A stretch of 64,000 bases of DNA from Eledone cirrhosa (taxonomy: Eukaryota): contig OZ024745.1 in NCBI GenBank assembly GCA_964016885.1, forward strand, positions 9,610,001 through 9,674,000. Reading direction: 5' to 3'. The notes beneath the pieces were generated by a model, which did not search any database, was not told the DNA's origin, and was given only the letters and a program-made list of their open reading frames with translations. Every line of letters starts with the position of its first letter. The stretch's first letter is position 1. This document shows positions 52,701-64,000 of the stretch, piece after piece. Made by a program: the position numbers and the translations under genes.

Positions 52701-55700
52701 TGAAAGATTTGTAAATGTCTGAGAGATTGGCTAAATGTTTTACAGTGTACTGTGCCACTAAACTGCACCATACTAAATTACACTACACTGCACTGCACTG
52801 CACTGCACTGCACTGCACTGCAATGTTCACTCTAACGCTAGTGTTTTGTGTTTTGCAGGTATGACCAGTAAGAGCGAGGAAGTTATTTCAAAGGATTTTC
52901 GTAATTAAACACTTTTTTTACCATTATTTTAAGGTATTATCTCGGTTTTTTTTTTTAAATGGACCTCTTGATAAGACGAAATGACCTGTATAATTTTTTT
53001 TCATATTTAGATGGAATAGAAGAAAAAGAAGAGAAATGAAAGCAATGAAATTAAGTTTTAGAGAAAATATACGCCAACGACAATGGAGGTATGATTTCAG
53101 TTTAATCTTAACCTAATGACCACTTTACAGAGTGTACTGGGTGTGTTTTACCTCGCTATGTTTACTGTAAACCCTAGATAACGAATGCCTTGTTGAGTGT
53201 TGTGAATTGTGAACGTGAGGTTGTGTTGTGGGGTTGCTTGGTGAGGTTGCATAAGAAGGGTGTTGTGAGTTTGCATTATGATGTAGCTTTGTGAGGCTTT
53301 GTTGTGAATTGATAAATATTTGAAAACACACCTCTGTCCCTCAACAGTCAGTCAGTCATTTTCTACTAAAACTCATTGATGCGAGTCCCTAGCATTGTAT
53401 CTGTAAGTACATTATGACTATTTTCTCTTGGTGGACTTGACATTCAAAGATATTTGTATATATTTTGTTGATGTTGTTTGTTAGTTAGGAAATTGCTTAA
53501 AAGCTACTTTGATCACAGCACTTTGTAAAGGCAACATATGTTTAAGATTCTTTTTTCTTTTATTTTTGTTATTCAGATGACAGAGAAGGCAAAGAAAGGC
53601 ACAGAAGAAAAGAACAATGACGATTATTATTATTATTATTACTATTATTATTTGTTTTATTATAATCAAAATATGCTGTTAGTTTGCCTGCTATCCCACT
53701 ACGTGCCTGCTATCGCACTCGATCTTTTGTGTACGTTTTATATAATTTATGCCAGTTCCGTTTCTGCATATCGAACATGGCCATTTCCCTGACGGAATAG
53801 AGTTTTGTCCTCTTTTCTACTCATCAACACTCATTCGTGACACAAAGTACAGCGGCATCATTGCGGACAGACTTAATCCCGATTTGCACTGACACACTGC
53901 CTTGCAGTACGGAACAGCGCACGTCGTCGAGCAGCCTCCTTGCATGCTAAGTACACCTGACGTCTAGCTTCTCTCTTAGCGGCTGTATATTCTTCTCTAC
54001 TCGCACTAATTTTGCAAGCATTCCATGCTAGTCTTTAGTCTCCAATGGCCCGATCTACCGTGCTGTCCCACCACCATGTCACTTTCTGTCTGGTTGGAAC
54101 TCTGATCCAGCCACAAGTTTCATCAGTAACCTGCAGTAAGGTATCGCATAAGAAATTCCAGTTATCATCTATGTTGTACGACTCTAAATCGTCTTCTTTT
54201 TCATCATACACATATTGAAGGGCTTTCCTAAATTTGTATTTTAGTGAGAGCTCTTTTAGCTTCCAGACCTTTCTTTTTTCCACACCTTCCTGTATGTCTC
54301 ATTCAGTCTCTTGCTTGGGGTACATTCTTCCCCGGGGTATGCCTTTGTATTTGACACCATCTGCCTGTCCCGCTGCCTAACTAGCAAGAAGTCAATCTGC
54401 CTTATGTGCTTGCCTGATTTGTAGGTTATTAGGTGGTTGGCAGATTTGTGTAAGTTAGTGTTGTAGATGGTTAGTGCAATTGCATCGCAAAATTCAAGAA
54501 GTTTCACTGCTTCATTTCTTAAGCCGTAAGTGTGCCCAACATGTACCTCAGTGTAACCATCGTAGAGCTGTCCAACATGACCATTGAAATCCCCTGCTAG
54601 CATAACGATGTCTCCGTCCTGTCATTGTGGCTGTTTGTAAAAATTGCTTGTAAATGCAGAATTTCTTGTCTTTACCTAGCAGCAGTTTCTTGCTCTCAAT
54701 TAACCCTAAAACTAGCCGTAACGCTAACAGTAACACTAACCGTAACACTAACTTATGCAGGCCTAGGTAAAGACGAGAAAGATAAAACAAGGAGTGATGC
54801 TATTTGAATTTTGTGATGCAAGTGTTTTAACCATTTGCAAAACCAACTTCCGCAAACCTGCCAACTGCCTAATAACCTACAAATTAGGCAAGCACAGAAG
54901 CCGGATTTCTCGGTAGTTAGGCAGCGAGACAGACAGATGGTGTGAAGTACCAGGGTGTGCCCCGGGGAGGACTGTTTCCCACAGCGTGGGTTGGTTGTTG
55001 GTGATCCTGAGACGGAGTGAGGAGGGTGTTTATAGGTAAATAGATAGACTGATGCACAGATATCTGGATAGATTGATAGAGAGATAGATATATAGAGAGC
55101 ATCATTATCATCGTCTGTTCATCATTTTACGTCCGCTTTTCCCTGCTTGAAAGGGTGGGACAGGTCCTCTTGAGCAAAGCATCTCTTCACTTGTCACGGT
55201 CCTTCGTCATCTCCTTGGTGAGTTTCAGCGATCTGAAGTCGGCTCTCACCACCTCCACCCATGTTTTTCGTGGTCTTCCTCTACTGCGTCTCCCTTCTTT
55301 ACCCAGCGCTCAACCTCCATGCGCATCACATGTCCATACCATCTCAGTCCTCTCTTGCACACCACAACTTATCCCTCTTAAACACAGTTTCTCTCTCAAC
55401 TCGTTTATGCTTGGTCGTTCCCGCACATTGACATTGCACATCCAACGGAGCGTGCTTGCTTCATTTCTCTCCAGCCATCGCATACCCTCTGCAGTTGCTG
55501 TCCATGTCTCACTACCATGCAGGGTCGCACATCTCGCATAGGCATCATGTAACCACACTTTCGTACGCATATATATATTTGTATACATGTATATATATAT
55601 ATATATGTGTGTATGTATATATATATGTATGTATATATTTGTCCTGGGTATGACATTAAACTACATCCAGTGGCAAGGCTCAAGTTCAGGAGGAACTGTG

Positions 55701-56301
55701 GGGAACGTGGAGTTACCCCCTTAGTTGTCATAACTCCCAGGTCTGCTCTGGCCTGGTGTAGTAGTACCTGTTGGGGCCCCATTTATAGGTTAAATAATAA
55801 GATGACAGATCGGCGTACCCTATCAAAGGCCTTCTCTAGGTCAACAAAGGCTAAGTATAGTGGCTTATTTTTCTCTAAGAACCTCTCTTGTAATTGTCTC
55901 ATCAAGAAGAGGGCATCTGTTGTACTATTCCCAGGCACAAAACCAAACTGCATCTCATCTAGTTTGACCCTTTCTCTAATTAGTTGTGCTAATATCCTTT
56001 CTGCCACTTTCATAACCTGATCCATCAGTTTTATATCCCTATAATTTCTCCTCTCAAGAGCGTCCCCTTTACTTTTGCACTAGTCTTTGGGTATGACACT
56101 GCCATATATAGCCTGATTGATGATGTGTGCAACCAGTTTAGTGCCTACGTCCCCTGAGGCCTTCAGCATCTCAGCAACTATCTCCGATGGTCCAGCAGCC
56201 TCACCATTTTTCATTTCCTTAATCGCCTCTTGGACCCTATATTCGTTAATCTCAATAGCTGGTCCCTCTGTCTGATCTACTGAGGGTAATTTCTCTCTCT
56301 C

Positions 56302-56343
<42 letters not shown>

Positions 56344-59300
56344 TGAAAGATTTGTAAATGTCTGAGAGATTGGCTAAATGTTTTACAGTGTACTGTGCCA
56401 CTAAACTGCACCATACTAAATTACACTACACTGCACTGCACTGCACTGCACTGCACTGCACTGCAATGTTCACTCTAACGCTAGTGTTTTGTGTTTTGCA
56501 GGTATGACCAGTAAGAGCGAGGAAGTTATTTCAAAGGATTTTCGTAATTAAACACTTTTTTTACCATTATTTTAAGGTATTATCTCGGTTTTTTTTTTTA
56601 AATGGACCTCTTGATAAGACGAAATGACCTGTATAATTTGTTTTCATATTTAGATGGAATAGAAGAAAAAGAAGAGAAATGAAAGCAATGAAATTAAGTT
56701 TTAGAGAAAATATACGCCAACGACAATGGAGGTATGATTTCAGTTTAATCTTAACCTAATGACCACTTTACAGAGTGTACTGGGTGTGTTTTACCTCGCT
56801 ATGTTTACTGTAAACCCTAGATAACGAATGCCTTGTTGAGTGTTGTGAATTGTGAACGTGAGGTTGTGTTGTGGGGTTGCTTGGTGAGGTTGCATAAGAA
56901 GGGTGTTGTGAGTTTGCATTATGATGTAGCTTTGTGAGGCTTTGTTGTGAATTGATAAATATTTGAAAACACACCTCTGTCCCTCAACAGTCAGTCAGTC
57001 ATTTTCTACTAAAACTCATTGATGCGAGTCCCTAGCATTGTATCTGTAAGTACATTATGACTATTTTCTCTTGGTGGACTTGACATTCAAAGATATTTGT
57101 ATATATTTTGTTGATGTTGTTTGTTAGTTAGGAAATTGCTTAAAAGCTACTTTGATCACAGCACTTTGTAAAGGCAACATATGTTTAAGATTCTTTTTTC
57201 TTTTATTTTTGTTATTCAGATGACAGAGAAGGCAAAGAAAGGCACAGAAGAAAAGAACAATGACGATTATTATTATTATTATTACTATTATTATTTGTTT
57301 TATTATAATCAAAATATGCTGTTAGTTTGCCTGCTATCCCACTACGTGCCTGCTATCGCACTCGATCTTTTGTGTACGTTTTATATAATTTATGCCAGTT
57401 CCGTTTCTGCATATCGAACATGGCCATTTCCCTGACGGAATAGAGTTTTGTCCTCTTTTCTACTCATCAACACTCATTCGTGACACAAAGTACAGCGGCA
57501 TCATTGCGGACAGACTTAATCCCGATTTGCACTGACACACTGCCTTGCAGTACGGAACAGCGCACGTCGTCGAGCAGCCTCCTTGCATGCTAAGTACACC
57601 TGACGTCTAGCTTCTCTCTTAGCGGCTGTATATTCTTCTCTACTCGCACTAATTTTGCAAGCATTCCATGCTAGTCTTTAGTCTCCAATGGCCCGATCTA
57701 CCGTGCTGTCCCACCACCATGTCACTTTCTGTCTGGTTGGAACTCTGATCCAGCCACAAGTTTCATCAGTAACCTGCAGTAAGGTATCGCATAAGAAATT
57801 CCAGTTATCATCTATGTTGTACGACTCTAAATCGTCTTCTTTTTCATCATACACATATTGAAGGGCTTTCCTAAATTTGTATTTTAGTGAGAGCTCTTTT
57901 AGCTTCCAGACCTTTCTTTTTTCCACACCTTCCTGTATGTCTCATTCAGTCTCTTGCTTGGGGTACATTCTTCCCCGGGGTATGCCTTTGTATTTGACAC
58001 CATCTGCCTGTCCCGCTGCCTAACTAGCAAGAAGTCAATCTGCCTTATGTGCTTGCCTGATTTGTAGGTTATTAGGTGGTTGGCAGATTTGTGTAAGTTA
58101 GTGTTGTAGATGGTTAGTGCAATTGCATCGCAAAATTCAAGAAGTTTCACTGCTTCATTTCTTAAGCCGTAAGTGTGCCCAACATGTACCTCAGTGTAAC
58201 CATCGTAGAGCTGTCCAACATGACCATTGAAATCCCCTGCTAGCATAACGATGTCTCCGTCCTGTCATTGTGGCTGTTTGTAAAAATTGCTTGTAAATGC
58301 AGAATTTCTTGTCTTTACCTAGCAGCAGTTTCTTGCTCTCAATTAACCCTAAAACTAGCCGTAACGCTAACAGTAACACTAACCGTAACACTAACTTATG
58401 CAGGCCTAGGTAAAGACGAGAAAGATAAAACAAGGAGTGATGCTATTTGAATTTTGTGATGCAAGTGTTTTAACCATTTGCAAAACCAACTTCCGCAAAC
58501 CTGCCAACTGCCTAATAACCTACAAATTAGGCAAGCACAGAAGCCGGATTTCTCGGTAGTTAGGCAGCGAGACAGACAGATGGTGTGAAGTACCAGGGTG
58601 TGCCCCGGGGAGGACTGTTTCCCACAGCGTGGGTTGGTTGTTGGTGATCCTGAGACGGAGTGAGGAGGGTGTTTATAGGTAAATAGATAGACTGATGCAC
58701 AGATATCTGGATAGATTGATAGAGAGATAGATATATAGAGAGCATCATTATCATCGTCTGTTCATCATTTTACGTCCGCTTTTCCCTGCTTGAAAGGGTG
58801 GGACAGGTCCTCTTGAGCAAAGCATCTCTTCACTTGTCACGGTCCTTCGTCATCTCCTTGGTGAGTTTCAGCGATCTGAAGTCGGCTCTCACCACCTCCA
58901 CCCATGTTTTTCGTGGTCTTCCTCTACTGCGTCTCCCTTCTTTACCCAGCGCTCAACCTCCATGCGCATCACATGTCCATACCATCTCAGTCCTCTCTTG
59001 CACACCACAACTTATCCCTCTTAAACACAGTTTCTCTCTCAACTCGTTTATGCTTGGTCGTTCCCGCACATTGACATTGCACATCCAACGGAGCGTGCTT
59101 GCTTCATTTCTCTCCAGCCATCGCATACCCTCTGCAGTTGCTGTCCATGTCTCACTACCATGCAGGGTCGCACATCTCGCATAGGCATCATGTAACCACA
59201 CTTTCGTACGCATATATATATTTGTATACATGTATATATATATATATATGTGTGTATGTATATATATATGTATGTATATATTTGTCCTGGGTATGACATT

Positions 59301-59944
59301 AAACTACATCCAGTGGCAAGGCTCAAGTTCAGGAGGAACTGTGGGGAACGTGGAGTTACCCCCTTAGTTGTCATAACTCCCAGGTCTGCTCTGGCCTGGT
59401 GTAGTAGTACCTGTTGGGGCCCCATTTATAGGTTAAATAATAAGATGACAGATCGGCGTACCCTATCAAAGGCCTTCTCTAGGTCAACAAAGGCTAAGTA
59501 TAGTGGCTTATTTTTCTCTAAGAACCTCTCTTGTAATTGTCTCATCAAGAAGAGGGCATCTGTTGTACTATTCCCAGGCACAAAACCAAACTGCATCTCA
59601 TCTAGTTTGACCCTTTCTCTAATTAGTTGTGCTAATATCCTTTCTGCCACTTTCATAACCTGATCCATCAGTTTTATATCCCTATAATTTCTCCTCTCAA
59701 GAGCGTCCCCTTTACTTTTGCACTAGTCTTTGGGTATGACACTGCCATATATAGCCTGATTGATGATGTGTGCAACCAGTTTAGTGCCTACGTCCCCTGA
59801 GGCCTTCAGCATCTCAGCAACTATCTCCGATGGTCCAGCAGCCTCACCATTTTTCATTTCCTTAATCGCCTCTTGGACCCTATATTCGTTAATCTCAATA
59901 GCTGGTCCCTCTGTCTGATCTACTGAGGGTAATTTCTCTCTCTC

Positions 59945-59990
<46 letters not shown>

Positions 59991-62874
59991 TGAAAGATTT
60001 GTAAATGTCTGAGAGATTGGCTAAATGTTTTACAGTGTACTGTGCCACTAAACTGCACCATACTAAATTACACTACACTGCACTGCACTGCACTGCACTG
60101 CACTGCACTGCAATGTTCACTCTAACGCTAGTGTTTTGTGTTTTGCAGGTATGACCAGTAAGAGCGAGGAAGTTATTTCAAAGGATTTTCGTAATTAAAC
60201 ACTTTTTTTACCATTATTTTAAGGTATTATCTCGGTTTTTTTTTTTAAATGGACCTCTTGATAAGACGAAATGACCTGTATAATTTTTTTTCATATTTAG
60301 ATGGAATAGAAGAAAAAGAAGAGAAATGAAAGCAATGAAATTAAGTTTTAGAGAAAATATACGCCAACGACAATGGAGGTATGATTTCAGTTTAATCTTA
60401 ACCTAATGACCACTTTACAGAGTGTACTGGGTGTGTTTTACCTCGCTATGTTTACTGTAAACCCTAGATAACGAATGCCTTGTTGAGTGTTGTGAATTGT
60501 GAACGTGAGGTTGTGTTGTGGGGTTGCTTGGTGAGGTTGCATAAGAAGGGTGTTGTGAGTTTGCATTATGATGTAGCTTTGTGAGGCTTTGTTGTGAATT
60601 GATAAATATTTGAAAACACACCTCTGTCCCTCAACAGTCAGTCAGTCATTTTCTATTAAAACTCATTGATGCGAGTCCCTAGCATTGTATCTGTAAGTAC
60701 ATTATGACTATTTTCTCTTGGTGGACTTGACATTCAAAGATATTTGTATATATTTTGTTGATGTTGTTTGTTAGTTAGGAAATTGCTTAAAAGCTACTTT
60801 GATCACAGCACTTTGTAAAGGCAACATATGTTTAAGATTCTTTTTTCTTTTATTTTTGTTATTCAGATGACAGAGAAGGCAAAGAAAGGCACAGAAGAAA
60901 AGAACAATGACGATTATTATTATTATTATTACTATTATTATTTGTTTTATTATAATCAAAATATGCTGTTAGTTTGCCTGCTATCCCACTACGTGCCTGC
61001 TATCGCACTCGATCTTTTGTGTACGTTTTATATAATTTATGCCAGTTCCGTTTCTGCATATCGAACATGGCCATTTCCCTGACGGAATAGAGTTTTGTCC
61101 TCTTTTCTACTCATCAACACTCATTCGTGACACAAAGTACAGCGGCATCATTGCGGACAGACTTAATCCCGATTTGCACTGACACACTGCCTTGCAGTAC
61201 GGAACAGCGCACGTCGTCGAGCAGCCTCCTTGCATGCTAAGTACACCTGACGTCTAGCTTCTCTCTTAGCGGCTGTATATTCTTCTCTACTCGCACTAAT
61301 TTTGCAAGCATTCCATGCTAGTCTTTAGTCTCCAATGGCCCGATCTACCGTGCTGTCCCACCACCATGTCACTTTCTGTCTGGTTGGAACTCTGATCCAG
61401 CCACAAGTTTCATCAGTAACCTGCAGTAAGGTATCGCATAAGAAATTCCAGTTATCATCTATGTTGTACGACTCTAAATCGTCTTCTTTTTCATCATACA
61501 CATATTGAAGGGCTTTCCTAAATTTGTATTTTAGTGAGAGCTCTTTTAGCTTCCAGACCTTTCTTTTTTCCACACCTTCCTGTATGTCTCATTCAGTCTC
61601 TTGCTTGGGGTACATTCTTCCCCGGGGTATGCCTTTGTATTTGACACCATCTGCCTGTCCCGCTGCCTAACTAGCAAGAAGTCAATCTGCCTTATGTGCT
61701 TGCCTGATTTGTAGGTTATTAGGTGGTTGGCAGATTTGTGTAAGTTAGTGTTGTAGATGGTTAGTGCAATTGCATCGCAAAATTCAAGAAGTTTCACTGC
61801 TTCATTTCTTAAGCCGTAAGTGTGCCCAACATGTACCTCAGTGTAACCATCGTAGAGCTGTCCAACATGACCATTGAAATCCCCTGCTAGCATAACGATG
61901 TCTCCGTCCTGTCATTGTGGCTGTTTGTAAAAATTGCTTGTAAATGCAGAATTTCTTGTCTTTACCTAGCAGCAGTTTCTTGCTCTCAATTAACCCTAAA
62001 ACTAGCCGTAACGCTAACAGTAACACTAACCGTAACACTAACTTATGCAGGCCTAGGTAAAGACGAGAAAGATAAAACAAGGAGTGATGCTATTTGAATT
62101 TTGTGATGCAAGTGTTTTAACCATTTGCAAAACCAACTTCCGCAAACCTGCCAACTGCCTAATAACCTACAAATTAGGCAAGCACAGAAGCCGGATTTCT
62201 CGGTAGTTAGGCAGCGAGACAGACAGATGGTGTGAAGTACCAGGGTGTGCCCCGGGGAGGACTGTTTCCCACAGCGTGGGTTGGTTGTTGGTGATCCTGA
62301 GACGGAGTGAGGAGGGTGTTTATAGGTAAATAGATAGACTGATGCACAGATATCTGGATAGATTGATAGAGAGATAGATATATAGAGAGCATCATTATCA
62401 TCGTCTGTTCATCATTTTACGTCCGCTTTTCCCTGCTTGAAAGGGTGGGACAGGTCCTCTTGAGCAAAGCATCTCTTCACTTGTCACGGTCCTTCGTCAT
62501 CTCCTTGGTGAGTTTCAGCGATCTGAAGTCGGCTCTCACCACCTCCACCCATGTTTTTCGTGGTCTTCCTCTACTGCGTCTCCCTTCTTTACCCAGCGCT
62601 CAACCTCCATGCGCATCACATGTCCATACCATCTCAGTCCTCTCTTGCACACCACAACTTATCCCTCTTAAACACAGTTTCTCTCTCAACTCGTTTATGC
62701 TTGGTCGTTCCCGCACATTGACATTGCACATCCAACGGAGCATGCTTGCTTCCTTTCTCTCCAGCCATCGCATACCCTCTGCAGTTGCTGTCCATGTCTC
62801 ACTACCATGCAGCATCGCGCATCTCACTTGTGTGTGTGTGTGTGTATATATATATATGTACATACATATATATT

Positions 62875-63480
62875 ATGTCAGGTCACCAGTTGGTGCTACT
62901 GGTAACATGTATCCCAGTACAACCTGTCTCCTGGTCGGGTCGTTGGCGACTAAACTGGCAACCCCACTAAGGTTTCTTGGTGAGGAGGGTGACTTTGGAC
63001 ATCCTGCAGGACTAAAAACAAAACCTGTCAAAGGGCAAAGGAGCTCTTAAGAGTCAATGGCCATCCAAAATCACCGGGAGAGATGACCCCTTAGCCTGTG
63101 TCAAAGCAGAATTCTAGGAGAAGGAAAACTCTGATATAACACCTGCAACCCTGATGGTATCCAATGATGTTGACTTGTTTTTCTTTTTGGTAAATATCAT
63201 CTTGGTTAAGAGAGTGGGACTGGCTTTGTGCAGTGCCTTTGCTCACTATAAAAGCTTCACAGCACAGGCATTGCTTTATATCTGGAGATCTCTCTGCACT
63301 CGTCGTCACATGGTACGATTGGCCCAGCACTGTCAATAATTGTCACAAGTGTAGTGTTTGTACCAGAGTTTTCAAGTCACTGGCTGGACTAAAACGTCAC
63401 ACTCGTTCAGCCCATCGGTAGGGGTTCTCCTACATGGATATAAAGTAGGGGCCGTACTCGAAAAAGAGTTGGCAACCACC
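62875..63480 (+). mobile_element. Probable bipartite non-autonomous RTE derivative (5' UTR-like part joined to a 3' end with a C2H2 finger)
   Basis: ctaggagaaggaaaactctgat (~63114) resembles RTE 5' UTRs. HKCSVCTRVFKSLAGLKRHTRSAHR* ends at 63421, followed by a ~60 bp trailer and a (TA)n run. Flanked on both sides by TA microsatellite. Confidence 0.5.
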
Positions 63481-63531
63481 ATATATATGTATATATGTAT
63501 ATATTTATATGTATGTATATATGCATATATT

Positions 63532-63570
<39 letters not shown>

Positions 63571-64000
63571 TTCTGGCTTTCTCTTATTTTCACTCACTCC
63601 TCCGCTAGCTCACTTCCTTCCTCGTCCGTAACTGTCTCTTCTCTTGCTCACTTGCTCACACTTCTACAGTGAATGTGTCTTTTTTTCTTATCAAACCCGC
63701 CAGAACTTGTGTTCGAAATCAATTGTTCACTCGATTTTTTTTTTTTTTTTTTTTTTTTTTTGTTGCTTCAGCCTTTGTGTCTGTTTATATTTTTCTCTCT
63801 CTCTCCCCTCTTTTTTATCCCAATAACTTATTTTAGTTATTGTTCGGCCTAGGTTGAGGCATCTTGTCTCTAACGCGAAGAAATGCCTATGATTCCTAGC
63901 AGACAACTGACGATGGATATTGCCCTCTTTTGCCCGTAACTTTTATTTTGATTATATTTCAATGCAACCACACAGCTTACCATTTTATTCACATAGTTTT

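Larger units (their letters stand above)
24805..62811. repeat. Macrosatellite: ~10.4 head-to-tail copies of a 3632-3647 bp unit
   Basis: The same ORF set recurs with the marker ORF at 24914, 28557, 32189, 35827, 39470, 43106, 46749, 50392, 54035, 57678 and 61325. Unit starts are ~24805, 28448, 32080, 35718, 39361, 42997, 46640, 50283, 53926, 57569 and 61216. I saw only a few SNPs and microsatellite length changes between copies. Confidence 0.98.

Noticed and set aside
24805-62811. Array as tandem active LINEs or a multicopy protein-coding gene cluster
   Set aside because: All RTE pieces are short, frameshifted, out of order and lack the catalytic YADD region. The recurring ORFs recur only because the DNA is duplicated.
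62881-62962. HDV-like ribozyme at the RTE-like 5' end
   Set aside because: A P2-like pairing and a CTAA joiner are present, but I could not build P1/P3 with canonical topology. Not called as a feature; left as a check.

Overview
AT-rich, microsatellite-rich eukaryotic DNA. The SINE and RTE-LINE repertoire looks molluscan, probably octopus (inference from recalled repeat families, not a database hit). The only host coding sequence I can support is the last two coding exons of a FAM13-family gene (321-375 and 1358-1423, + strand, missed by the ORF track), followed by a probable ~2.4 kb 3' UTR. Positions 4-24 kb are a graveyard of transposon remnants: a non-autonomous Helitron, several SINE families, RTE LINE pieces, an internally deleted Gypsy element with a PHD-finger-like upstream ORF, a CRE-like 3' end inside a fold-back, and Merlin, Tigger/pogo and second Gypsy fragments. 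From ~24.8 to ~62.8 kb there is a young, near-perfect tandem array of ~10.4 copies of a ~3.64 kb unit. The unit is built from decayed, mostly minus-strand RTE pieces, an internal ~185 bp inverted repeat around a degenerate TAACCC tract, a SINE core, microsatellites and a ~1.1 kb unassigned segment with + strand splice signals. No intact transposon ORF, rRNA, tRNA gene or CRISPR array was found. Most ORFs in the track are spurious or are transposon fragments.
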